Below the pieces are notes generated by a model. It was not told the DNA's origin, did no database searches, and worked only from the letters and a program-made list of their open reading frames with translations. Made by a program: the position numbers and the translations under genes. Shown here one piece after another: positions 19,040-28,298 of a DNA stretch of 64,000 bases. Each line of letters begins with the position of its first letter. The stretch's first letter is position 1. Source of the DNA: an uncultured Acidobacteriota bacterium (GTDB lineage: Bacteria > Acidobacteriota > JAAYUB01). The stretch lies in the NCBI GenBank assembly GCA_964436005.1, contig CAYTBK010000006.1:2212-66211 (forward strand). The letters run 5' to 3'.

Positions 19040-19426
19040 ATGATGATGGTGACCATCCTGAAAATAGTGCCGTTGAGCGGGAAACGGGGAGCCGTGTTGG
19101 GGATCCTCCGGTCCGTCGAGAGCCTGTTGTCCGGATGCGCGGGGTGTGTGGACTGCGCCGTCTTCGAGCAGCCGGGGAAAGACAAGGCGGTCGTTTATTT
19201 CGACCGGTGGCGCACGAGAGATGACCTCCGCCTTTTCATCCAGTCCAGCCTCTACCATCGGCTGCTGCTGGCCATGGAACTCGGGGCGCGGGCCCCGGAA
19301 CTCGGTTTCTACGAGGTGACGGAAACCGGCGGGCTGGGCTGGATCCAGGAACAGCGGACGGAAAAGGCGGACCCGGACGGGGGGGATGCGCCTGCGAGAC
19401 AGGCGCAGACAGGAAAGACGGAATGA
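19040..19426 (+). CDS. ABM-domain (antibiotic biosynthesis monooxygenase-like, dimeric alpha+beta barrel) protein
   Basis: MMMVTILKIVPLSGKRGAVLGILRSVESLLSGCAGCVDCAVFEQPGKDKAVVYFDRWRT...; paralog of 36794..37123 (MTMITVLKIVPAGGKK...GCLDCLILER...LYLDRWST...AMEL...FYEV.ET). Start chosen by alignment with the paralog. Confidence 0.6.
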   Translation: MMMVTILKIVPLSGKRGAVLGILRSVESLLSGCAGCVDCAVFEQPGKDKAVVYFDRWRTRDDLRLFIQSSLYHRLLLAMELGARAPELGFYEVTETGGLGWIQEQRTEKADPDGGDAPARQAQTGKTE

Positions 19427-19509
19427 AACGGCAGGAGGCCCGCCCGGGAAATTTCCGGCGAGGAGCGAGAATGGAAAATGCCGATGGACGTGACCACAGG
19501 AGGAAGAAA

Positions 19510-21942
19510 ATGCGGATCCGATTGATTGTCATGTTTTTATGCGCCGTGCTGATGCCGGCAGCGATTCTGGCAGAAGGTCCGGCGTCGCAACCCTGGACCA
19601 GAATGAAAACGGCGCCGGATGGGACCCAGGTCATTCTGTACCAGCCCCAGGTGGACGACTGGGCGTCCCATGCTCGTCTGGACTACCGCCTGGCCGCGGA
19701 AATCCTGCCGCCGGGGGCGAAGCGATCCATCCCGGCGGCATTGCAAATGACCGCCGAGACGAACACCGATCTTTCCACCCGGACGGTGGTGCTCTACAAC
19801 CAGAAAATCGTGAACGTTTCTTTCCCTTCGGCAGACGAAGCCACTGCCCAGAAGCTGACCACACTCCTGACGCAGCTTGTGCCCTCCGGGCCCCTGAAGA
19901 TGTCGGTCGACCTGATCCTGTCCTATGAAGGAGATGCGGAGGCTTCCCATCGGACGGCGCCGGAAGGACCGGTGCAACCTGTCCCGGCGGCGCCGGAAGC
20001 GCCGGTGATCCTCTGCCGCACGACACCGGCGGTTCTGGTGATCTTCGACGGCGAACCGGTGTTCGCCCCGGTCGAAGGAACCGCCTTGCAGTTCGCCCTG
20101 AACACCAATTGGCTGGTGTTGCGGGAGGCGGGGAAAACCGAGTGTTACCTGTTGAACGAGACTTTCTGGCTGAAGGGCGCAGGGATCACGGGGCCCTGGG
20201 CGCCGGCCGGCAAACTGCCCCGGTCCTTCTGGGCGCTCCCCAAGGAGGAGCAGTGGGCGGACGCCCGTGCCCACCTGCCGGGGAAATCCGTCTCCGCCGC
20301 CAAGGCGCCGAAAGTCCTCGTGAGCTTCAAGCCGGCGGAGCTGATCCTGCTCAAGGGCGCCCCCGCCCGGGCGGCCATTCCCGGCACCGGCCTCTCCTGG
20401 GTGAAAAACACGGAAAGCGACCTTTTCTGGAACAAGGCCGACCAGAGCTTCTATTTCCTGGTTTCCGGCCGCTGGTTCCGCTCCCTGAAACCGGAAGGGC
20501 CGTGGGCCGCCGTCGCCGGCGACGCCCTGCCCGCGGACTTTGCCCGGATCCCCGCCGACCACGCCAAGGGGAAGGTCCGGGTCTCCGTGCCCGGCACGCC
20601 GGAGGCGAAGGAGGCGGCGATGCTGGCCCAGGTCCCGCACAAGGCCGAGGTGAAGCGCAGCGAGGTCACGGTGGACGTCAAGTACTCGGGCGACCCCGAG
20701 TTCAAGCCGGTGGAGGGCACGACCCTGGCCTACGCCGTCAACACCGCCTTCGACGTCATCAAGTTCAAGGAAAAGTACTACTGCTGCCACCAGGCCGTCT
20801 GGTTCGTGGCGGTCTCGCCCGCCGGACCGTGGGCCGTGGCCGACAGCGTGCCGAAGGAAATCTACACCATTCCACCGAGCAACCCCAAATACAATGTGAC
20901 GTACGTCACGGTGTACGAGTCCACGCCGAGCACGGTCACCACGGGCTACACGGCGGGCTACCTGGGCGCGTTCGTGATCGGCGCCTGCGTGGTGTACGGT
21001 TCGGGCTACTACTACCCGCCCTACTGGTACTACCCCCCGGGAATCCACTATCCGGTGTACTATCCTCGCCCTTACTCGTACGGGTGCGCGGCCGCCTACA
21101 ACCCCTACACGGGCACCTTCGCCCGCGGGGCCGTGGCCTACGGCCCTTACGGCGGCTGTGGTCACGCCGCGGCCTACAACCCTTACACCGGCACCTACGC
21201 CCGCGGGGCGGCCGCCTGGGGCCCCTACGGCGGGCGTGGCTACGCCGAGGCCTACAACCCGTACACCGGCGCCTGGGGCCAGAAAGCGGCCGCTTACGGG
21301 CCCGGCGGGCAGGCGGCCTACGCCGCCCGGGGCTACAACCCTTCCACCGGGCGTGGGGGGGCCACCTACCAGCGGTCTTCCCCCTACGCCAACTGGGGGC
21401 AGTCCGTGGTGACCAAGGGGGACGAGTGGGCCCGGACCGCCCACTATTCCGACTCCCGGGGAACCATGGCCGGCTACGAGACCTCCCAGGGGGGGAAGGG
21501 GGTGGGGATTTCCACGGACCACGGCACCACCACCGTGCGGAAGACCCACGACGACGACCTCTACGCCACCCACGACGGGAACGTCTACAAGAAGTCCGAC
21601 GACGGGTCCTGGCAGAAATACGAGGACGGGTCGTGGAACTCGGTGAACAAGCCGACCCCCCAGGAAAAATCGGCCAGCCGGACATCGGCCACGGCCAACA
21701 CCCAGCAGGCGAAATCGGCCGGCACGGGGACGGTCTCCGCTGACCGGGTCCAGGCGACGGCAACCGGGAGCGGGTCGGCGCGGTCGTCGGCGTCCGACTC
21801 CTGGAACCGGGATTCCCGGCAGCTTCAGCGCGACCATCAGGCCCGGTCCGATTCCGCCCGGCGGCAGAGGAGTTTCGATTCCTGGCGCAGCGGGTCCGGC
21901 GGCAGCTCTGGCGGCGGCCGCGCCAGGGGCCGGCGGCGGTGA
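19510..21942 (+). CDS. Large secreted hypothetical protein with C-terminal Tyr/Gly/Pro-rich tandem repeats (AAYNPYTGTxARG x4) and Ser/Arg-rich tail
   Basis: Signal peptide MRIRLIVMFLCAVLMPAAILA at 19510 with GGAGGAAG RBS; track ORF 19423..21942. Confidence 0.65.
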   Translation: MRIRLIVMFLCAVLMPAAILAEGPASQPWTRMKTAPDGTQVILYQPQVDDWASHARLDYRLAAEILPPGAKRSIPAALQMTAETNTDLSTRTVVLYNQKIVNVSFPSADEATAQKLTTLLTQLVPSGPLKMSVDLILSYEGDAEASHRTAPEGPVQPVPAAPEAPVILCRTTPAVLVIFDGEPVFAPVEGTALQFALNTNWLVLREAGKTECYLLNETFWLKGAGITGPWAPAGKLPRSFWALPKEEQWADARAHLPGKSVSAAKAPKVLVSFKPAELILLKGAPARAAIPGTGLSWVKNTESDLFWNKADQSFYFLVSGRWFRSLKPEGPWAAVAGDALPADFARIPADHAKGKVRVSVPGTPEAKEAAMLAQVPHKAEVKRSEVTVDVKYSGDPEFKPVEGTTLAYAVNTAFDVIKFKEKYYCCHQAVWFVAVSPAGPWAVADSVPKEIYTIPPSNPKYNVTYVTVYESTPSTVTTGYTAGYLGAFVIGACVVYGSGYYYPPYWYYPPGIHYPVYYPRPYSYGCAAAYNPYTGTFARGAVAYGPYGGCGHAAAYNPYTGTYARGAAAWGPYGGRGYAEAYNPYTGAWGQKAAAYGPGGQAAYAARGYNPSTGRGGATYQRSSPYANWGQSVVTKGDEWARTAHYSDSRGTMAGYETSQGGKGVGISTDHGTTTVRKTHDDDLYATHDGNVYKKSDDGSWQKYEDGSWNSVNKPTPQEKSASRTSATANTQQAKSAGTGTVSADRVQATATGSGSARSSASDSWNRDSRQLQRDHQARSDSARRQRSFDSWRSGSGGSSGGGRARGRRR

Positions 21943-22182
21943 ACCTGGAAAAACGGTGCAAACGGATGCGAGCGCGAAAGGTACGGAAAACAGGGAAATC
22001 GGAGAGCAGCGGGGCGCGGTGGTCGCTGCGCCTCCAGATGACCCTGATGTTTCCGGCGGGGGGGAAGAAATGAGGGAATCGCCCTTCGCCCACCGAGCGA
22101 CCGGGCGGTTCCGGAAAGGTCGGACAGAGCGGCGGACGATCGCGAAATTCGGAGATCAACTTTTGGGTACAGGGAGGATGTT

Positions 22183-23424
22183 ATGCGGAAATATGGACGG
22201 ATGATGCTCCTGCTGGCCTTGATGGCGGCGACGTGTCTGTGTGCTGCGGCTCAGGAAGCAGGGAAGGGCAAGGCCGCCGAGGCGGCCGGGAAGCAGGGCG
22301 CTCCGTTGCCGGCACTGACTTACGCCGGCGGGACGAAGGCAATCACCCAGACGCCGGTTGTCGGCACGCCGAAGCGGGAATACCCGGAGGTGTTCGTCCC
22401 GGGCGAGGAGCAGCTCGCGGACGGCGAGCTGCGCGTGACGGTGCTCGGCAGCGGCAATCCATGGCCGACGCGCGCCCAGGCCTCGGCCAGCGTCATGGTC
22501 GAAGTCGGCAATCCCGAGCGCGACGTTCTGGTCTTCGACCTCGGGACCGGCGCCCTCGTCAACTATGCCAGCCTGAAGCTGCCCGTGAACAAGATCGACA
22601 AGGTGTTCATCTCGCACCTGCACGCCGACCACATGGGCGACCTCCTCACGCTGAGCGGCAGCTTCGCCAAGGTGGGGCGGGCGGATGGGCCGGTCTACGT
22701 ATGGGGACCCAGCGGGACGGAGCCCCGCCTGGGCACGAAGCACTTCTGCGAAGCGATGGAGGACGTGCTGGCGTGGGACACCGAGGCCGGAAAGGGGCCC
22801 ATCAATCCGGAAAGCATGAGGATCGTGGGGTCGGAGTTCGACTACAGCAAGACCCAGATCGTCTACGAGAAGAACGGCGTGAAGGTGACGGCTTTTCCCG
22901 TCGTTCACTGCATCAGCGGCGCCGTGGGCTATCGCATCGACTTCGCCGGCGTGTCGTTGGGCTTTTCCGGCGACACCCGCCCGTGCTGGCCGCTCGTGAA
23001 AGCCTGCCAGGGCGTCGACGTGCTCATCCACGAGTGCTTCCCGCCGGCGGCGGCGCTGGCGGCGGCATCGGGCCTCTCGATCGAGCGGGCGACGATTGCG
23101 CTGAATGCCGCTCATACCTCGCCCAAGGCTGCCGGCAAGGTGTTTGGCCTGGTGAAGCCCCGCGTGGCCGTACTCTGGCACACCCTGCTGTCGCCGCAGG
23201 TGGTCCCGATGGTCTTCTCGGATCTCCGCGAGGTGTACAAAGGCCCGGTCGTCCAGGCCGAAGACCTGACAGTTTTCAACATCACCAGGGAAGCCGTCGT
23301 CTCCCGGCAGGCGAAGGTGCTTGCCCAGCTGCCGCCGATCCCGGGCATGCAGCGCGCGGAATTCACGCCCACCCAGGTGCCGCCTCCCGCATGGTGGGCC
23401 GAGGCGCTCATTCCGCTCGATTGA
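22183..23424 (+). CDS. MBL-fold metallo-hydrolase, secreted
   Basis: HLHADHMGD motif; signal peptide; AGGGAGG RBS. Confidence 0.8.
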   Translation: MRKYGRMMLLLALMAATCLCAAAQEAGKGKAAEAAGKQGAPLPALTYAGGTKAITQTPVVGTPKREYPEVFVPGEEQLADGELRVTVLGSGNPWPTRAQASASVMVEVGNPERDVLVFDLGTGALVNYASLKLPVNKIDKVFISHLHADHMGDLLTLSGSFAKVGRADGPVYVWGPSGTEPRLGTKHFCEAMEDVLAWDTEAGKGPINPESMRIVGSEFDYSKTQIVYEKNGVKVTAFPVVHCISGAVGYRIDFAGVSLGFSGDTRPCWPLVKACQGVDVLIHECFPPAAALAAASGLSIERATIALNAAHTSPKAAGKVFGLVKPRVAVLWHTLLSPQVVPMVFSDLREVYKGPVVQAEDLTVFNITREAVVSRQAKVLAQLPPIPGMQRAEFTPTQVPPPAWWAEALIPLD

Positions 23425-23465
23425 GCATTAGAAATGAACTGCCCCATTTCGGAGGGAATGTGCCC

Positions 23466-23948
23466 ATGGAAACGCAACAAGCCGAGAATCCGAACCTGGT
23501 CGCCGACGGGACCGACCAGACCAACGAGGGTCCGAACCTGGCCACCCGGTTGGCGGTGGGCCGCACCAGGCTGGCCGACGACCGCACGAAGATGGCCGTC
23601 TACCGGACGCACCTCGCCCTCGAACGCACGACCCTGGCCTGGGTTCGGACCGCCTTGACCATGGCTTCCTTCGGCTTCGGCATGGTCGCCTTCTTCCGCT
23701 CCCTGCGGCAGTCCCGGCAGAGTCTGGAAACGGCCCGGGTGCACCAGGTGGCCATCTGGTTCGGCGTGGCGCTGGTGGTGGTCGGGATCGTGTCCATGGC
23801 TCTTGCCGGGTTGTCGCACTGGCGCACCCTGCGCCGTCTCCGACGGGGCGAAACCCCGGTCCCGTCGCGCTGGCCGCTCAGCGTCACCGTCGCCGCGCTG
23901 CTCGCGGTCGGCGGGCTGTGGGGGCTGTTTTCCCTTCTGGCCCGCTGA
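23466..23948 (+). CDS. DUF202/YidH-family small membrane protein
   Basis: Repeated RTxLAxxRT motifs (RLADDRTKMAVYRTHLALERTTLAWVRTAL), 3 TM; GGAGGGA RBS. Confidence 0.7.
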   Translation: METQQAENPNLVADGTDQTNEGPNLATRLAVGRTRLADDRTKMAVYRTHLALERTTLAWVRTALTMASFGFGMVAFFRSLRQSRQSLETARVHQVAIWFGVALVVVGIVSMALAGLSHWRTLRRLRRGETPVPSRWPLSVTVAALLAVGGLWGLFSLLAR

Positions 23949-23961
23949 GAGGAGGAGGTCC

Positions 23962-25044
23962 ATGTCCAAACGAAAAGCCCTGGGGACAGTCGCAAGTACC
24001 TTGGCGATCCTTCTGGCGCTGGCCGGGTGCCGGGCCATCGGCCCGCCCACCATCCCGCGGGACCGTTTCGACTACAGCCGAACCATCGCCGATTCCTGGA
24101 AACAGCAGACCCTGCTCAACATCGTCAAAGTGCGGTACATCGACTTGCCCATCTTCCTGGATGTGGCCTCCATCGTCAGCGGCTACCAGTTCCACTCTTC
24201 CGCTTCCGTGGGGGGGACGGTCTATTCCAAGAACTCGATGCCCGGCACCGGCTTGACCCTCGGCGTCAGCGGGACCTACGTCGACCAGCCCACCATCACC
24301 TACGCCCCGAAGACCGGGGACAAGTTCCTGGAAAGCCTCGTCAAACCCATCTCCCCCGCCCGGATTTTCAGGATGGTCCAGGCCGGATACGCCATCGATT
24401 TCATCCTGGAACTTACCCTCGAATCCATATGTGGCGTACGGAACCGGGCCTCGATTCCCACCGGGCTCCGGCAAGCGGACCTGACCTTCTTCGAGGTGCT
24501 GACCCTGCTTCGGGAAGCCCAGGAAGCCGACGGTTTCGGTATGCGGATCGACTCGGAAGGCAAGGAGAGCCAGCTGGCCACCGCCCTGTTCTTCCGCCGA
24601 CAGGGGATGAGCCCGGAGGCCCTGGAAAAACTCAAAAAAATCAAGGAACTACTCAAGCTGCCCCCGGAGCGGGACACGTTCCGGCTGTTGCAATCCCCCA
24701 TCCGCGGGGAAGGCGATGAATTCACGGTGGCCCCCCGGTCCATGCTCCAGATTCTGATGGCCCTCGGCCAGGGCGTCGACATTCCGCAGGTGCACGCCGA
24801 CCGGAAACTCACCCCCCCCAAGGTGGCCGACGAGAACCGCCCAAAACCACTCCTGCACATCTACAGCGGCACCGAGAAACCGAAGAACGCCTATGCCGCC
24901 GTGCCTTACGAGGGGGCCTGGTTCTGGATCGCCCCCGACGACTGGGTCTCGAAGCGGTCTTTTGTCGCCATCATGTTTCTCTTCACGATGATGGAATCCG
25001 GGCAGCCGGAGATGCTGCCTGTCGTCACCATCCCGGCACGGTGA
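23962..25044 (+). CDS. Lipoprotein of unknown function
   Basis: MSKRKALGTVASTLAILLALAGC lipobox; GAGGAGGAGG RBS. Confidence 0.65.
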   Translation: MSKRKALGTVASTLAILLALAGCRAIGPPTIPRDRFDYSRTIADSWKQQTLLNIVKVRYIDLPIFLDVASIVSGYQFHSSASVGGTVYSKNSMPGTGLTLGVSGTYVDQPTITYAPKTGDKFLESLVKPISPARIFRMVQAGYAIDFILELTLESICGVRNRASIPTGLRQADLTFFEVLTLLREAQEADGFGMRIDSEGKESQLATALFFRRQGMSPEALEKLKKIKELLKLPPERDTFRLLQSPIRGEGDEFTVAPRSMLQILMALGQGVDIPQVHADRKLTPPKVADENRPKPLLHIYSGTEKPKNAYAAVPYEGAWFWIAPDDWVSKRSFVAIMFLFTMMESGQPEMLPVVTIPAR

Positions 25045-25065
25045 AGTCAAAACGGATAGAGTGCC

Positions 25066-26157
25066 ATGGCAAAGAACCCTAAGCCGCTGATCGTCCTTCT
25101 GGGGCTCCTGCTCGCCGCGGGGTCGGGCCTGCGGGCCGACGAACTGTATACCCGCGGCGGTGAACACCTGTCGGGAACGGTCGTCTCGGAGTCGGCGGAG
25201 ATTGTCGAGTTCAACTCCAGCGCTTTCGGCGTGCTGAGAGTGCCTCGCTCCGCCATCGCCCGCCTGGAACGGGGGGCCATCCCGGAGACGACGGGGTCGA
25301 CAGCCGCAAAACCGCCTGCGGACGGCCTGTCGGTAGCGCAGGAGCCTCGTCCCGGGTCGCTGTCGGCGGGCGCCGCCATGGCCGGGGGGACGGCGTCAGC
25401 GGCGCCGGTCGGGGACGATTCCGGGGCAGACGCCGGTGATTCGGCCCGTACGCGGTCGATGGAAAACGCACTTCTGAAAATCCTTCAGCCCTTTCCGGGG
25501 TGGAAGACCGATTTCCGTTTCGGCCTGGTGCTGCGTCGGGGACGGGACAGCGATGCCACGCTCGACCTGGGCTACCGCACTGAAAAAACGGTCCCCGGAA
25601 ACCGGGAATACCTGCTCACGTTCAATTATTACCGGAAGGACGACGTTTCCGAAGATGGTACGCGAAAGGCCAAGGACAACATCCTGGACGGCGGAATCCG
25701 CTTCCGACAGTACTTCCGGCCGCGGTGGTTCCTGCAGACCAACGCCAACTATTACCGGGACCCCATCGTCAACCTGCTCAACGAAGCCTACCAGGTCTTC
25801 GGGGTGGGGTACTGGCTGCTGAAGGGAAAGCGCGCCCAGCTTTCCGTCGGACCTGTCGCCGGTGTCCAGTACGTCGAGTACACTACGAGCCGGGGCTGGC
25901 ACTTCGTCGCCGGAATCTTCCAGGACCTGCATTGCCAGTTGCCTTTCGCGTTCAAACTTCGGGAGGTTTTCTTCTACCTCCAGGATTTTAAGAACTCGGC
26001 CAACCACATGCTCCGGTTCAACCTGGAGATCAGCCAGCCGCTCAGCCGGGTGGTTTCCCTTGGTTTCGTCTGGGATTACACCTTCGCGGGGGAGTCCGGC
26101 GGGAACATCGCGAAGAATCAGCACCGGGTGGGGCTCAACCTGGGCGTCCACTTCTGA
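25066..26157 (+). CDS. Secreted protein, probable outer-membrane beta-barrel (DUF481/YdiY-like)
   Basis: Signal peptide; alternating amphipathic beta pattern; C-terminal LGLNLGVHF; family call tentative. Confidence 0.5.
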   Translation: MAKNPKPLIVLLGLLLAAGSGLRADELYTRGGEHLSGTVVSESAEIVEFNSSAFGVLRVPRSAIARLERGAIPETTGSTAAKPPADGLSVAQEPRPGSLSAGAAMAGGTASAAPVGDDSGADAGDSARTRSMENALLKILQPFPGWKTDFRFGLVLRRGRDSDATLDLGYRTEKTVPGNREYLLTFNYYRKDDVSEDGTRKAKDNILDGGIRFRQYFRPRWFLQTNANYYRDPIVNLLNEAYQVFGVGYWLLKGKRAQLSVGPVAGVQYVEYTTSRGWHFVAGIFQDLHCQLPFAFKLREVFFYLQDFKNSANHMLRFNLEISQPLSRVVSLGFVWDYTFAGESGGNIAKNQHRVGLNLGVHF

Positions 26158-26243
26158 TTCGTCTTGCTTGCGTTATTAGCAGGGGAAAATGGAGACACGG
26201 GGTACTGTCAGTCCGAATATAAAGGCCAGACCGGGAGTTTATC

Positions 26244-27671
26244 ATGAAAAAGAAACAGGTTCAAAACTGTCCGGAACAGGAGAGCACCGGGAGTGCCTTG
26301 TCGTTTACCCGTCACCTGTCCCGGGCCGAGCGACTCGCTATGGGCAAGCGCCTCCGGGAATCCTGCCCGCGAAGTTCGCACGCGAAATGGGCGGCGCCCG
26401 CCGGGCGGCCCGACCCGGTGGACCTGGTGCTGGCGGCCGAAGAGGGGCGGCTCCCGGTGCTGCTCCCTCTCCGCCACGGGCGGATGGCCCGTACGGCCTT
26501 CACCTTCTACCGGGGGGCGGCCCTCCACATGGCCACAGATTTGGCGAATACGCCGAACTCGGGTATCCGCGTGCAGTGCGGCGGGGACTCGCACCTGTGC
26601 AATTTCGGCGCGTTCGCCACGCCGGAACGGCAGGTCATCTTCTCCATCAACGACCTCGACGAGACCCTCCCGGCGCCCTGGGAATGGGACGTCAAGCGGC
26701 TGGCGGCCAGTTTCGTGGTGGGCTGCCGGGACAACGGCCTGCCGGAGGCGGCGGCCCGGGAGGCGGCCCGCCGGTGTGTGCGCTCCTACCGCGAGCACAT
26801 GGCCGAGTTCAGCGCGATGCGCGTGCTGGACCTCTGGTACCTGACCCTGGATTCGGCCACCCTGATCGCCTCCCACACGGAAGACTGTGTGCGGCGCCGG
26901 GCCATCCGGCGACTGGAGAAGGAGCGCGGGAAAACCATCGCCGAAAACGTCTTTCCCAAGTTGGTCAACGCAGACGGAAAGACGCCGCTCATCCGGGACC
27001 AGCGCCCGACGATCTTTCATTGGGAGACTCACAAACCGGGAGAGATCGACCCGGTCCTCGCGGAGACCTTCGCCCGGTACCGGGACACCCTGGCGCCGGC
27101 CTGCCAGGTGCTGCTCGACAGCTTCGAGATCAGGGACGTTGCCATCAAGGTGGTGGGCGTGGGGAGCGTGGGCACCGCCTGCTGGATCGTCCTGCTGCAG
27201 GCCAACGAGGGGGATCCCCTCATCCTCCAGGTGAAGGAGGCGCGCACTTCGGTGCTGGAGGCCTTCGCCGGCCCGAGCGTCTACCCCAACCACGGCCAGC
27301 GGGTGGTGAACGGCCAGCGCCTCATGCAGCCCGCCAGCGACATCTTCCTCGGATGGATGGAGGGGCCCACCGGGCGGCACTACTACGTCCGCCAACTGCG
27401 GGACTGCAAGATCAGTTTCGCCGTGGAGACCTTCGGGAAGGCGGAGATGTACCAGTACGCCCTGTGGTGCGGCTGGGCCCTGGCGCTCTGCCACGCGCGG
27501 GGCAGCGACCCCGCGCTGATCAGCGGCTATTTGGGGCGCGGCGACGCTTTCGACGAGGCGGTCGCCGAATTTTCCGTGGCGTACGCCGACCAGAACGAAA
27601 AGGACCACGCCGCCCTGCAGAAGGCAATCCGCCTGGGGAAAATCGAGGCACTCACCGAGGAGGAGGGCTGA
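26244..27671 (+). CDS. DUF2252 domain protein
   Basis: 475 aa; RMARTAFTFYRGAA... typical of DUF2252; GGGAG RBS. Confidence 0.7.
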   Translation: MKKKQVQNCPEQESTGSALSFTRHLSRAERLAMGKRLRESCPRSSHAKWAAPAGRPDPVDLVLAAEEGRLPVLLPLRHGRMARTAFTFYRGAALHMATDLANTPNSGIRVQCGGDSHLCNFGAFATPERQVIFSINDLDETLPAPWEWDVKRLAASFVVGCRDNGLPEAAAREAARRCVRSYREHMAEFSAMRVLDLWYLTLDSATLIASHTEDCVRRRAIRRLEKERGKTIAENVFPKLVNADGKTPLIRDQRPTIFHWETHKPGEIDPVLAETFARYRDTLAPACQVLLDSFEIRDVAIKVVGVGSVGTACWIVLLQANEGDPLILQVKEARTSVLEAFAGPSVYPNHGQRVVNGQRLMQPASDIFLGWMEGPTGRHYYVRQLRDCKISFAVETFGKAEMYQYALWCGWALALCHARGSDPALISGYLGRGDAFDEAVAEFSVAYADQNEKDHAALQKAIRLGKIEALTEEEG

Positions 27672-27710
27672 TCCATTCTGATGTCGATTTAACTGATCAA
27701 GGAGGTTGAA

Positions 27711-28298
27711 ATGAGTTTTGCGCGACGTGTTTTTCTGCCACTGGCATCGCTTTTTTTTGCCGGGCTTCTGCTGACAGGGAGCTTCACCGTCTTCGCCAAG
27801 GAGAAGTTCGAGCGCATCGAAGCCGTCGCCATGGGCGAGGGCACCCAGCAGGGCAGGCATTCCAGAGTCACCATCATCATCTACGCGTTCAGCACAGCCG
27901 ACGACCAGAAAAACCTGTTCGAAGCCTTCCAGGCCGGCGGGCCGCAAGGCCTCCACAACGCCGTGAGCAAATTGCAATCCCACGGCCATATCGCCATCAC
28001 CGGCACCCTCGGCTTCGACATCAAGTACATCCGGGAATTCAAAATGCCGGACGGCGGCCGGAAAATTCGCATGGTGACCGACCGGCCCATCCGGTTCGGC
28101 GAGGTGTGGTCGGACAGCCGCTCCGCGGACTACAACCTGTCGGCCTTCGAGATCATCCTGAGCCCCCAGAAGGGCAAGAGCACGGGCATCCTGCTGCCGG
28201 TCATGCAGCTGAAAGTCGACGACAAAACCGGGGATATCGAGCTGGAGGCGTTTCAGAACCCATGGAAGTTGACCAACATCATCGATTACCTGCCATGA
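27711..28298 (+). CDS. Secreted hypothetical protein
   Basis: Signal peptide; AAGGAGG RBS; stop overlaps next start (ATGA). Confidence 0.6.
   Translation: MSFARRVFLPLASLFFAGLLLTGSFTVFAKEKFERIEAVAMGEGTQQGRHSRVTIIIYAFSTADDQKNLFEAFQAGGPQGLHNAVSKLQSHGHIAITGTLGFDIKYIREFKMPDGGRKIRMVTDRPIRFGEVWSDSRSADYNLSAFEIILSPQKGKSTGILLPVMQLKVDDKTGDIELEAFQNPWKLTNIIDYLP

Noticed and set aside
19537-21837. 766-aa minus-strand ORF and 20109..21743 plus ORF
   Set aside because: Antisense or alternative frame of the secreted repeat protein
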